A stretch of 64,000 bases of DNA, taken from assembly GCA_046538155.1 (NCBI GenBank), contig JBKHJL010000001.1, positions 426 to 64,425 of the forward strand, written 5' to 3'. Shown piece after piece: positions 1 through 9,961 of the stretch; within the stretch, counting starts at the first letter, position 1, and each line of letters opens with the position of its first letter. Under the pieces are notes generated by a model. It ran no database searches. It saw only the letters and a program-made list of their open reading frames with translations, and was not told the origin of the DNA. Source of the stretch: Candidatus Micrarchaeia archaeon (GTDB lineage: Archaea > Micrarchaeota > Micrarchaeia > Anstonellales > Bilamarchaeaceae). The translations under genes and the position numbers were made by a program.

Positions 1-49
1 CAGAGATACATCATAAATCCGGCAAGGCCCCGCCCCAGGAAAAAATCTT

Positions 50-412
50 CTAAGAAATAAAATAAAAACTGGCAGCAAGCCTGAAATTCTTTACAAGTTC
101 CTTTATCCCTGTGGCAATCCCCAGGGCGAGCAGCAGTTCCATTCCTGTCCCCAGGTAGATAAGCATCCAGAGTGCAGGGAACCCCATGTTCTTGAGCATT
201 TCAGGGACTATTTTTTCCTTAAGCATCTCTGCTTCAGCCGGTTTCATTCTTTTCATGAGGTTCATCGCCTCGCCCACGCAAACCAGGGAAAATCCTGAGA
301 GGGCAAGGGCCGCGTTTTCCCCTTCAAAAATATCATAAACTCCGAAAATGAGAATTATGCTGCCTATCCATCCTATTATGCCGGAGCTAATTCCAAGGGC
401 ATGGTCCCTCAC
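50..412 (-). CDS. Small hypothetical membrane protein
   Basis: 120 aa ORF with several hydrophobic segments, directly downstream of eno on the same strand. Confidence 0.6.
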   Translation of the reverse strand: MRDHALGISSGIIGWIGSIILIFGVYDIFEGENAALALSGFSLVCVGEAMNLMKRMKPAEAEMLKEKIVPEMLKNMGFPALWMLIYLGTGMELLLALGIATGIKELVKNFRLAASFYFIS

Positions 413-418
413 TTATGC

Positions 419-1663
419 TCACCACACCTGAGCATAATGTTTTCCCAGTTTTTCCTCTATCCTGAGGAGGCGGTTGTATTTGCAGGTCCTTTCCCCCCTT
501 GCCGGTGCGCCGCTCTTTATCTGGGTGGCCCCCGTCCCCACGGCAAAGTCTGCTATGAATGTATCATCTGTTTCCCCTGAGCGGTGGCTAACTACCACCT
601 CCATCCCGGCTTCCATTGCCAGTTCTGCCGCTTTTCTTGCTTCAGTGACTGTCCCTATCTGGTTCACTTTCAGCAGCAATGCATTCATTGCATTCATCTC
701 TATCGCCTTCTTCACTCTTTCCGGGTTTGTAACAACCAGGTCGTCCCCGACCACCTGGACCCTCCCCCCATACTTTCTGGTAAACTCGGCAAACCCTTCA
801 AAATCCTCTTCAAAAAGCGGGTCCTCTATGCTGAGTATTTTATAGGCCCGCAGCAATTCACCATAATAATCTATAAGCTCCCCTTTTTCCAGGTATTTGC
901 CATCAACAAAGTATTTCCCGTCATCTTCACGGTAAAAGGATGAGGCGGCAGCATCCAGGCCAATTCCCGCATTTGCAGAATAACCGCATTCTTCTATGGA
1001 TTCGGATATTGCATCAAGTGCCTCCGTTGTACTGCTCATTGGAGGGGCAAAGCCGCCCTCGTCCCCCACGTTCCTGGAAGTCCTCCCGTATTTTTTTACA
1101 AGCTTGTCGTTCAGGGTGCGGTATATTTCACATGCCGCCCTCAGCCCTTCTGAAAAAGAAGGGGATTTTGCAGGTATGACCATGAATTCCTGGATGGAAA
1201 GCCCGTTTCCCGCGTGCTTACCTCCGTTGATTATGTTCAGCAGCGGAATGGGCAGCTTTTCCCCACCCAAAAAATCATACAGCGCCATTTTCCTTGTGGA
1301 TGCGGCCGCCTTCAGGTTTGCCATTGAGACAGCCACTATTGCATTTCCCCCCAGTTTCTCCTTGTTCTTTGTGCCGTCCAGATCAATCATCTTCTGGTCT
1401 ATGTCTTCCTGGGGGCTCGCCTCCATCTCGTAAATTGCCGGCCCGATTGCCTTGTTCACGTTGTCCACTGCCCTGAGAACACCCTTTCCCCTGAACCTTG
1501 GCCCACCATCCCTGAGTTCTGCTGCTTCATGCAGGCCCCTTGAAGCCCCGGAAGGGCTTGAGGCCCTTCCGAAACCTCCGTCATCTGTTTTGATGTCAAC
1601 CTCAATTGTGGGATTTCCCCTTGAATCAATTATTTCCCGGGCAAATACGGATTTAATCTTCAT
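419..1663 (-). CDS. eno: Enolase
   Basis: DSRGNPTIEV, GDEGGFAP, LLKVNQIGT and SHRSGET motifs; start taken at MKIKSV. Confidence 0.97.
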   Translation of the reverse strand: MKIKSVFAREIIDSRGNPTIEVDIKTDDGGFGRASSPSGASRGLHEAAELRDGGPRFRGKGVLRAVDNVNKAIGPAIYEMEASPQEDIDQKMIDLDGTKNKEKLGGNAIVAVSMANLKAAASTRKMALYDFLGGEKLPIPLLNIINGGKHAGNGLSIQEFMVIPAKSPSFSEGLRAACEIYRTLNDKLVKKYGRTSRNVGDEGGFAPPMSSTTEALDAISESIEECGYSANAGIGLDAAASSFYREDDGKYFVDGKYLEKGELIDYYGELLRAYKILSIEDPLFEEDFEGFAEFTRKYGGRVQVVGDDLVVTNPERVKKAIEMNAMNALLLKVNQIGTVTEARKAAELAMEAGMEVVVSHRSGETDDTFIADFAVGTGATQIKSGAPARGERTCKYNRLLRIEEKLGKHYAQVW

Positions 1664-1717
1664 ATTGGTAAAACTATCCGAAAACATTTATATTTTTACT
1701 AGGGCCCAGAATACTCC

Positions 1718-2842
1718 ATGAAAGCAACTGCTTCTTCCGAAATGAAGCTTATAAGGCTCCTATGCAGCCTCGGCATTCCTGCCGAAGCAGTACTCATATC
1801 CAGGGAGGGGAAGCTTTTGCCTGAGACTGCACAAATCAGCAAAGGCGGCGAGGCAGAGGTGATTTATTATAAGCACAAGCCCCCGCGGCTCAGGCCAGGG
1901 GACCCCCCTTCCCACTGGGAGCGCGCAGACTATTCAAGCAATTGTGCATACTGCCAGTCATCTCCCGTGGTTTATCTTCCTTATGCAAAGCAGCACCTCT
2001 GCCCCAGGCATTTCAAGGAATTGTTTGAGAAGAGGGTGAAGCGCAGCATCCGCGCCCAGAGCATGCTGAATAAAGGAGAAAAAATCGGGGTTGGGGTTTC
2101 AGGAGGCAAAGACTCCTATGCGCTCCTGCATGCCCTTTCTGCAGTAAGGGAATCCCTTCCTTTTGAGATGGTTGCAATCAGCGTGGATGAGGGGATTCCC
2201 GGCTACCGCGGCAAGGCAATAGAAAATGCAAAAAAGCGCTGTAGGGAACTTGGAATCGGGCAGCACATCTACTCATTCAAGGAAGAGCACGGAAAAACAA
2301 TTGAGGAAATTGCAAAGGAGGGGAAAGATAACCTGTGTTCTTATTGCGGGGTGCTCCGCAGGAAAATACTCAATTCCAAAGCCAGGGAATTGGGCATGGA
2401 CAAGGTTGCAATCGGGCACAATTTAGATGATGTTGCGCAAACCGCAATGCTGAATTTAATCCGGAATGAGCCCCTGCGATTTGCGCGCTTCAACGAGCCC
2501 CTCATAGAAAATGAAAAGCTGGTCCCAAGGATACGCCCGCTCTGTGATATCCGGGAAAAGGAGGTAGCTGCATACGCATTCCTGCATGGGCACAACTACG
2601 ATTCGGGGCGCTGCCCGCATGCAACCTCCGCCCTCCGCTGGTCCGTGCGGCACGAGCTCAACTCATTGGAAGACCAGTATCCCGGGACAAAAAGCAAGAT
2701 TGCATCCAGTTTCAATACTCTCCAGGGCATTGTAAAGGATTCTTTAAATGGAAAAAACCTGGAGCTGAATTCCTGCAGGGTGTGCGGCGAGCCCTGCTCT
2801 GATGAAGTGTGCATGGGCTGCAAAATGCTAAGCGATTTATAG
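1718..2842 (+). CDS. ttuA: tRNA 2-thiolation protein (TtuA/NcsA/Ctu1 family) with an N-terminal ThiS/SAMP-like extension
   Basis: PP-loop SGGKDS, CSYCGVLRR, GHNLDD, N- and C-terminal zinc fingers. Confidence 0.88.
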   Translation: MKATASSEMKLIRLLCSLGIPAEAVLISREGKLLPETAQISKGGEAEVIYYKHKPPRLRPGDPPSHWERADYSSNCAYCQSSPVVYLPYAKQHLCPRHFKELFEKRVKRSIRAQSMLNKGEKIGVGVSGGKDSYALLHALSAVRESLPFEMVAISVDEGIPGYRGKAIENAKKRCRELGIGQHIYSFKEEHGKTIEEIAKEGKDNLCSYCGVLRRKILNSKARELGMDKVAIGHNLDDVAQTAMLNLIRNEPLRFARFNEPLIENEKLVPRIRPLCDIREKEVAAYAFLHGHNYDSGRCPHATSALRWSVRHELNSLEDQYPGTKSKIASSFNTLQGIVKDSLNGKNLELNSCRVCGEPCSDEVCMGCKMLSDL

Positions 2843-2864
2843 GTTCTCCGGCATAACTGCTCCG

Positions 2865-3629
2865 ATGGAAATAATTTTTCTTGGAACGGGTGGAGGAAGG
2901 ATAAACCTCATCAACCAGGACAGGGCAACCGGCGGGTTCATCATCTCCGCGCCCAGGAATATTCATGTGGATCCCGGTCCCGGGGCGTTGGTTCACATGC
3001 GCGGGATGGGGCTTTCCCCGCTAAAAACAGACATAATTGTGGTAACCCATTCTCATATTGACCACATAAGTGATGCAGGGGTTTTGATAGAGGGAATGAG
3101 CAGGTATGGGCTCAGGAAAAAGGGAATTCTTATTGGCGGCCCGGATTCCCTTGAAGGCACCGGTGACGGGCAGAGAATCAGCGAGTTCCACCTTTCAAAA
3201 GCAGGGGAGGTTGTGCATGCGGAGCCCGGCCAATCCTTTGCATTTGAAGACGGTAAATTCACCTTTACAAAAGCTGTGCATGATACCTTCCCTGCATTCG
3301 GGTTTGTGCTGGAGATGGACCGGAAGCGCATTGGTTACACCGGGGACACAGAGTACTTTGAGGGAATGGACAAGCTCTTTGAGGGATGCGACCTCCTTAT
3401 CCTGAATGTGATGAAGCCGGAAACAGACCGCTACCACGGCCACCTCACGGCAGAAGACGCTTCCAAATTAATAGGGAGGGTGCAGCCAAAGCTTGCAGTG
3501 CTTACCCACATGGGCATGAAAATGCAGGCTTATCCTCCTGAAAAGAAGGCAAAAGAGATAGAGGAAGAAACGGGTGTAAAGACGATTGCGGCAACGGACG
3601 GGATGAAAATCTCCTCCGACCGGTTTTAA
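2865..3629 (+). CDS. Metallo-beta-lactamase fold hydrolase
   Basis: FLGTGGG, VDPGPG, THSHIDH, YTGDT motifs. Confidence 0.9.
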   Translation: MEIIFLGTGGGRINLINQDRATGGFIISAPRNIHVDPGPGALVHMRGMGLSPLKTDIIVVTHSHIDHISDAGVLIEGMSRYGLRKKGILIGGPDSLEGTGDGQRISEFHLSKAGEVVHAEPGQSFAFEDGKFTFTKAVHDTFPAFGFVLEMDRKRIGYTGDTEYFEGMDKLFEGCDLLILNVMKPETDRYHGHLTAEDASKLIGRVQPKLAVLTHMGMKMQAYPPEKKAKEIEEETGVKTIAATDGMKISSDRF

Positions 3630-3672
3630 AGGTTTAATAAGCAGAATAAACTAATTTTCGGGGTTATTTTTT

Positions 3673-6021
3673 ATGCTTGATAAAAGATTCTCACAGGCCA
3701 TTGAGGAAAAATGGCAGAAAGAATGGGAAAAAAGGGGCACTTATACGTTCAGGGGGCTGGACGAGAGGCCCACATATGCAATAGATACTCCCCCGCCCTT
3801 CACAAGCGGGGAACTGCACATGGGCCACACCCTCTCTTATGCGTATTTTGATTTTGTTGCGCGCTATAAGCGCATGCGCGGCTTCAATGTCTATTACCCG
3901 CAGGGATGGGACACCCAGGGCTTCCCTACGGAAACAAAGGTTGAGAAAAAATGCGGAAGGCTTCCGTGTGATGTTTTCAGGGAAAAATGCAGGGAATGGA
4001 CTGCCCGGATGATTGAAAGGATGAAGGACACCATGGTTAGGCTGGGATTCTCCCCGGACTGGGAGCACCAGTACCTCACCATGGACAGGGAGTATCACCG
4101 GAAGGTCCAGCTTTCCCTCCACCTGATGTACGACAAGGACATGGTTTACCGGAGCGAGCACCCGGTATTCTGGTGCTACAAGTGCAACAGCGCACTTGCA
4201 AAAACAGATACAGAAGACCTTGAAAGGGAAACCGTGCTCAACTACATTCTTTTCAAGGGCCCGGAGGGAGAGGACCTGGTTATTGCAACCACCCGGCCGG
4301 AGCTCATGTATGCATGCGTTTCGGTGATGTACCACCCGGATGATGAGCGCTACAAAAACCTGGAAGGCAAAAAAGCCACCACCGCACTGGGCAGGGAAGT
4401 CCCGGTGCTCCCGGACAGGGATGTGGATAAAGAATACGGCACAGGGCTCCTCATGGTCTGTACATTTGGGGACAAGCAGGACATTGTCTGGGCATACAGG
4501 CACAAGCTCCCGGTTATTTCACTATTTGACAGCAGGGGAAAGCTCACAGGGACAGGGGAGTTTGACGGTTTCAGGCCAAAGGAGGCAAGGGAAAAGATAA
4601 TAGAGAAATTCAGGGAAGAGGGCAAAATCATAAAGCAGGAGAAGACCTCTCAGGTTATCAAAGTCCATGACCGCTGCAAGACACCTGTGGAATACGCGTT
4701 TTCAAAGCAGTGGTTTGCAGACATAACAAATCACAGGGATGAAATAAAGAAGATGGCCAGGGAAGTCCGCTGGGTCCCTGACTTTGGGATAAACTATCTT
4801 GATGACTGGGCAGACTCTGTTGAGTGGGACTGGGTGATTTCAAGGCAGAGGCATTTCGGAACACCGCTTCCTTTCTATTATTGTCCTGAATGCGGAGAAA
4901 CGGCAAAGGCGGATGAGCTTCCTTTTTACCCGGAAAAAGCACCTGAGAAAACCTGCAGCTGCGGAGGGAAGATGAGGCCCGAGGAATCTGTGTGCGACTG
5001 CTGGGTGGATTCTTCCATAACCCCCCTGATGGTTGCGGGGTGGCCTGACCGGGAAGGATGGGAAAGGATGTACCCGAATGCGCTCCGGCCCCAGGGCGTT
5101 GAAATTATCCGCACCTGGGCATTCTATACCATCTACCGTTCAGGGATAGGGATAACCGGAAAAAAGCCTTGGGAGGTGGTCTTGCTGAATGGAAACGTTC
5201 TTGCCCCTGATGGCAGAAAAATGAGCAAGTCGCTTGGAAACGTCATCTCTCCTTCCGAACTCCTGAAACAATATCCTGCGGATGCATTGAGGCAGTGGGC
5301 AGCAATGAGCGGGGCAATGGCCAAGGACCGCCCCTTTTCCTATGAAGACATCAAATTTGCCAAGTCATTTTTGAACAAGGTATGGAATGCAGCAAAGTTC
5401 GTGCAGAAAAGCCTGGAAGGCTATGAAGGCCCAGCGCCCCCGCTTTCAGATGTTGACAAATGGATTCTGGAATCCCTGAACAAGGCAATAGAGGAGTGCA
5501 CAGATGCAATGGAGAACTATGAGTTCCACAGGTGCGCAAGGAAACTGCATGAGTTCTTCTGGCACGATTTCTGCGATGATTATCTGGAGTACGTAAAATA
5601 CCGCATTTATGGGGGTGGCGAGGGCTCAAAAAAGGCTGCACAATATACCCTCCGCGAAGTGCTCTACTCATTCATAAAGCTCCTTGCTCCCATCTCCCCC
5701 CATATCTCAGAAGAGATTTACCACGAGATGTTCAAGTCCCCAGGAGGGGAAGACACAATCAATTTCATGCCCTGGCCTGCTCCCGGCCCCAGGTTTGCTG
5801 AGGAGCACCGCAAGGTTGAGCAGATGCGGGAACTTATTTCAAAAATCCGCCAGGCAAAGGCATCCGCGAAGATTTCCCAGGGTGCGGAGATAATCCTTTA
5901 TTCACCAGGGATTGAGCTTTCGGAAGAAATGCTGGAAGAAGTGAAAAATATAACAAGAATAAAGGAGATAAGGGAAGGCGAATTCAAAATTGAAAAAGCT
6001 GAAGAAGAAAAAGAAGCTTAG
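3673..6021 (+). CDS. valS: Valine--tRNA ligase (archaeal type)
   Basis: DTPPP, HMGH, WDWVISRQR, KMSKS motifs. Confidence 0.96.
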   Translation: MLDKRFSQAIEEKWQKEWEKRGTYTFRGLDERPTYAIDTPPPFTSGELHMGHTLSYAYFDFVARYKRMRGFNVYYPQGWDTQGFPTETKVEKKCGRLPCDVFREKCREWTARMIERMKDTMVRLGFSPDWEHQYLTMDREYHRKVQLSLHLMYDKDMVYRSEHPVFWCYKCNSALAKTDTEDLERETVLNYILFKGPEGEDLVIATTRPELMYACVSVMYHPDDERYKNLEGKKATTALGREVPVLPDRDVDKEYGTGLLMVCTFGDKQDIVWAYRHKLPVISLFDSRGKLTGTGEFDGFRPKEAREKIIEKFREEGKIIKQEKTSQVIKVHDRCKTPVEYAFSKQWFADITNHRDEIKKMAREVRWVPDFGINYLDDWADSVEWDWVISRQRHFGTPLPFYYCPECGETAKADELPFYPEKAPEKTCSCGGKMRPEESVCDCWVDSSITPLMVAGWPDREGWERMYPNALRPQGVEIIRTWAFYTIYRSGIGITGKKPWEVVLLNGNVLAPDGRKMSKSLGNVISPSELLKQYPADALRQWAAMSGAMAKDRPFSYEDIKFAKSFLNKVWNAAKFVQKSLEGYEGPAPPLSDVDKWILESLNKAIEECTDAMENYEFHRCARKLHEFFWHDFCDDYLEYVKYRIYGGGEGSKKAAQYTLREVLYSFIKLLAPISPHISEEIYHEMFKSPGGEDTINFMPWPAPGPRFAEEHRKVEQMRELISKIRQAKASAKISQGAEIILYSPGIELSEEMLEEVKNITRIKEIREGEFKIEKAEEEKEA

Positions 6022-6028
6022 GATGCTT

Positions 6029-6532
6029 CTATTTTTCCAGTGTGTGGGCAACTATCCTTCCGCTTACTGTGTGCTCAGGACTTCCTGAGCTGCACTCAGG
6101 ATTAACTTCCGGGGCGCAGCTCACATAGTTTATGCTTACCCTCAGCTTTTCTGTTTCGCCTTTTGTTGCGCTGAGCTCACTCAGAGTCATTCCGATTGTG
6201 TAATCTGTTCCCTGGGGAATCATTACATTATATGAATTGTCCTCGTACGTGGTGCCGTCATTTGTAGTAATCTTTACCCCTGTCAGCCGTATGTCATAGC
6301 CAAGCCCGTTGCTTATGCGGAATTCAAGCTGTGGCGTTCCGCCTTCATCTATGTGGAGGAGATGACCGGTGCAGCTCAGGTCCGGCTGCAGAGTACATTC
6401 CTCAGCAATCAGGTAAGATGGGTTGAAAACTCCGGTAGCCATGATCGCCCCAATCACTACAACCAGGGCAACGAGTGCCCATCCGTAAGTCATCAGGTAT
6501 TCCATGGCTGCTTGGCCTTTCTTCGAGCTCAT
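6029..6532 (-). CDS. Class III signal peptide (type IV pilin-like) protein
   Basis: KKGQAAMEYLMTYGW prepilin cleavage motif followed by a hydrophobic helix. Confidence 0.85.
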   Translation of the reverse strand: MSSKKGQAAMEYLMTYGWALVALVVVIGAIMATGVFNPSYLIAEECTLQPDLSCTGHLLHIDEGGTPQLEFRISNGLGYDIRLTGVKITTNDGTTYEDNSYNVMIPQGTDYTIGMTLSELSATKGETEKLRVSINYVSCAPEVNPECSSGSPEHTVSGRIVAHTLEK

Positions 6533-6599
6533 GCTAAGATTTCAGAGAAAATACTTTAAAATACTTTACCATGAATAACTCAACAGCGGCAGTGGTGCG

Positions 6600-8237
6600 A
6601 TGGCTGAAAAAAAACCTCAATTAGTTGATGCCGGGAGCTATTACAAGATTGCTAATGATTATTATGAGAAAGGCAACTACGAGAAGGCAATAGAAAACTA
6701 CAACATGGCCATACTCCTAAACCCTCTTTTTTCTGAAGCATACTTCAACCGTGCCCTGAGCTATTACCAGATGAAAAACTACGACAAGGCGGTTGCAGAT
6801 TACAATGAAGCAGCCGAGCTCGACCCCAAGAACCCAATCATTTTCAACAACAAGGGGGACGCATTTTACCGCAAGCAGGACTACACAAGCGCAATAAAGG
6901 ATTATGACAAGGCGATAATGCTCAACCCCAATTACCTGAAGGCATATTACAACCGTGCACTCTCTTATGCCTCCCTTGAAGATTATGAAAAGGCAGTGGA
7001 GGATTTCAGCAAGGTTGTCCAGCTGAAGCCGGATTTCTCAGAAGCATATCACCTCAGGGGGCTTGCATATGAGTATGCAGGGGATGTGGACAGCGCGATT
7101 TCGGATTATGAGAAGGCCCTGGAGCTCAACCCCGAGCTGGCAGAAGCAAAAAGCCATCTGGAGTCTGCAAAGAGCAAGAAGCAGACAGGAGGGGGGGAAG
7201 AAGGCGGAAAAGAGGGAAAGACATCAGAGATAAAGGTACTCAAGAAGCCGGACATGAACTTCACCGATGTTGCGGGAATGGAAAAGATGAAGGAGGAGAT
7301 AAGGGAGGCAGTAATCTACCCCATGGCAAAGCCGGAGCTTGCAAGGAGGTATGGAAAGCTTGGAGGGGGAGGCATAATAATGTATGGCCCGCCCGGGTGC
7401 GGAAAAACATTTGTGGTGAAGGCAGCCGCAGGAGAATCAGAATCATCATTCATAAACGCAAAGCTCTCAGACCTGCTGGACATGTATGTGGGAAATACAG
7501 AAAAAAACATACACAAGGTGTTTGAAACTGCGAGGAAGAACACCCCCTGCATACTGTTCTTTGATGAAATAGACGCGATTGGGGGAAGGAGGGATGCGCA
7601 GCAGGGCGCCCAGTACATGAGGATGGCGGTAAACCAGATGCTTTATGAGATGGACGGAGTTGAGGCAAACAACGAGAACGTCTTGGTAATCGCCGCTACA
7701 AACGCACCTTGGGACGTGGATCCTGCACTGAGGAGGTCCGGCCGTTTCAGCAAAACCCTGTATGTTTCTGAGCCTGATTTTGGCTCAAGAGAGGCAATCA
7801 TAAAGATACACGCAAAAAAGAGGCCGGTTTCAAAGTACATCCCTTACAAGCGCCTTGCTCTTGCAACTTCCGGCTATGCATCTTCTGACCTTAAGGCCAT
7901 AGTGGATGAGGCAGCAGCGATTCCCTGGAGAGAAGCCTTTAAGAGCGGAAAGGAGAGAAAGATCGCTACAACGGATTTTATAAAAGCAATAAAGAAAAAG
8001 AAGAGTTCCCTTCCGCCCTGGTATGAACAGGCAAACAAGCAGATAGGAAAACAGGAAGAGATAACCATAGTGGACGGAAAGGAGCACAAGAAGGTTACGG
8101 AGAGCAAGATGGGCCCCGGGGAGAAGCAGGCATTCAAGGACCTCCTTGATGTAATAGAGAAGCGCAACAAGTGGTACAACAAGCTCTGGCTCAAAATCCT
8201 AAATAATTTTGCCCTGATTTTCCCAATCCCAATCTGA
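6600..8237 (+). CDS. TPR-repeat protein fused to a single CDC48/Vps4-like AAA+ ATPase domain
   Basis: About five TPR repeats (AYFNRA/AYYNRA), Walker A GPPGCGKT, Walker B FFDEID, SRH ATNAPWDVDPALRRSGRF. Confidence 0.9.
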   Translation: MAEKKPQLVDAGSYYKIANDYYEKGNYEKAIENYNMAILLNPLFSEAYFNRALSYYQMKNYDKAVADYNEAAELDPKNPIIFNNKGDAFYRKQDYTSAIKDYDKAIMLNPNYLKAYYNRALSYASLEDYEKAVEDFSKVVQLKPDFSEAYHLRGLAYEYAGDVDSAISDYEKALELNPELAEAKSHLESAKSKKQTGGGEEGGKEGKTSEIKVLKKPDMNFTDVAGMEKMKEEIREAVIYPMAKPELARRYGKLGGGGIIMYGPPGCGKTFVVKAAAGESESSFINAKLSDLLDMYVGNTEKNIHKVFETARKNTPCILFFDEIDAIGGRRDAQQGAQYMRMAVNQMLYEMDGVEANNENVLVIAATNAPWDVDPALRRSGRFSKTLYVSEPDFGSREAIIKIHAKKRPVSKYIPYKRLALATSGYASSDLKAIVDEAAAIPWREAFKSGKERKIATTDFIKAIKKKKSSLPPWYEQANKQIGKQEEITIVDGKEHKKVTESKMGPGEKQAFKDLLDVIEKRNKWYNKLWLKILNNFALIFPIPI

Positions 8238-8297
8238 GGCAGGAGTAATTCTGCTGGGTTTTAAATATTCACTTTCCTATCCATTTTTGGGATTGAA

Positions 8298-9527
8298 ATG
8301 ATAATAAGGAACGCCAAATTCTACCTCGGGGGAAGAGTGGTCAAAAAGGATATACTCATTGAAAGGGGAAAAATAGCGGGTTTCGGAAAATTCAAGGGAG
8401 AGGGAATAGAGGCAGGGGGGCTGTTTGCCCTTCCCGGCCTCATAGACCCGCATGTACACCTGCGCGACCCTGGGATGACACACAAAGAGGATTTTGAAAC
8501 AGGAACAAGGGCCGCGCTTGCAGGCGGATTCACCACCGTGCTGGACATGCCAAACACAAAACCCCCATGTACAAGTGCCTCGGAATACAGGAAAAAGAAG
8601 GAGATTGCAGGGAAGAAGGCGCTCTGCGACTATGGTCTGCATTTTGGAGCAACCGGAAATAATGTTCAGGGAGTTAAGAAGGCAAGACCCCGCTCCCTAA
8701 AATTATATATGGGGGAATCAACAGGGAAGATGCAGGCTGGGAATGTGCTTACGCTCTGGAGGCACTTCAATTCTTTCCCGAAAAACCGCCCCCTGATTGT
8801 ACATGCGGAAGACCAGGAAACCCTGGCTGCAATGAAAAAAGAAGGGAGGGAAAGGCCGGAGGCAGCAGAAAAAATAGGGGTGGAGAAGGCGCGAATACTT
8901 GCCCAGGAAGCAGACCGTGTAGTCTATTTTGCCCACACCACTCTTTTTGAAACAGTCCATCTTGCAAAGATATGGGAAAAATCCCTGGTGGAGGTAACAC
9001 CCCACCACCTGTTTCTATCAAAGGAAAAAGACGGAAAAAGGCTGAAGGAGTTTTCAAAGGTTTACCCTCCGCTTAGAAGCGAGGGGGGAAGGAGAGAACT
9101 CTGGGGTGCATTATACCATGTGGACACTGTGGGCAGCGACCATGCCCCACATACCCCTTCAGACAAGAGGAAAGGGGCTGCAGGGTTCCCCGGGCTTGAA
9201 ACATCCATTTCCCTGTTCCTGAATGCTTACAACAGGGGCGAGGTGGAGCTGCCATGGATAATAGACAGGATGGCAGAGAGCCCTGCAAGGATATTCGGGC
9301 TCAGTTCCAAGGGAAGGATTGACAAGGGGTATGACGGTGATATCACGCTTGTGGATTTGAACGAGGAATGGAAAGTATCCGCAGACGAGTTTGCCTCAAA
9401 GTGCGGATGGACTCCTTATGAGGGCTTTAAGCTGAAGGGAAAGGTAAAAAAAGTGATTTTGAGGGGGAAGCTTGCATTGGATGAATCAGGAGTAACGGGA
9501 AAAACAAGGGGGAAGAATGTGCTTTAG
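8298..9527 (+). CDS. pyrC: Dihydroorotase
   Basis: DPHVHLRDPG, DMPNTKP, EVTPHHL, GSDHAPH motifs. Confidence 0.9.
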   Translation: MIIRNAKFYLGGRVVKKDILIERGKIAGFGKFKGEGIEAGGLFALPGLIDPHVHLRDPGMTHKEDFETGTRAALAGGFTTVLDMPNTKPPCTSASEYRKKKEIAGKKALCDYGLHFGATGNNVQGVKKARPRSLKLYMGESTGKMQAGNVLTLWRHFNSFPKNRPLIVHAEDQETLAAMKKEGRERPEAAEKIGVEKARILAQEADRVVYFAHTTLFETVHLAKIWEKSLVEVTPHHLFLSKEKDGKRLKEFSKVYPPLRSEGGRRELWGALYHVDTVGSDHAPHTPSDKRKGAAGFPGLETSISLFLNAYNRGEVELPWIIDRMAESPARIFGLSSKGRIDKGYDGDITLVDLNEEWKVSADEFASKCGWTPYEGFKLKGKVKKVILRGKLALDESGVTGKTRGKNVL

Positions 9528-9961
9528 GTGCTCATGGGGTCAGGCTGCGGAGAAATTATAACAGTCCCGCCTTCATTGAACATCTCTACACGGTATTTGC
9601 CGGTCCCTAATTCACTACCCAAGAAACCTTCTTCATCTTCCATGGGGAACTGGGTGGTACGGACTACTTCGTTTATCTCTCCTGCCGAGAGCATCGTAAA
9701 TATTACTTCGTGTTCGCTTATCTGGGCAGATTCCACGGTTTCAGGAATGTATATCTCAGTAATCATTGCAGAGCCGTCGCCCATATGCCCAATTGCATTT
9801 ACCAGGAAGGAGATGCGGGCAACAGAAAAATGCACCTGGAGCAGGGCAAGGTCTGCCCTTATTGCATCCATCTTGAAGAGCATGATGTAAAGCAGAGGGA
9901 TAAGTATGAGCAGGATGAATCCGATAACCACAAGAAGTTCATTGCTAACCTGTCCTCTCAT
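9524..9961 (-). CDS. Class III signal peptide (pilin-like) protein
   Basis: MRGQVSNELLVVIGF N-terminus. Confidence 0.75.
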   Translation of the reverse strand: MRGQVSNELLVVIGFILLILIPLLYIMLFKMDAIRADLALLQVHFSVARISFLVNAIGHMGDGSAMITEIYIPETVESAQISEHEVIFTMLSAGEINEVVRTTQFPMEDEEGFLGSELGTGKYRVEMFNEGGTVIISPQPDPMST

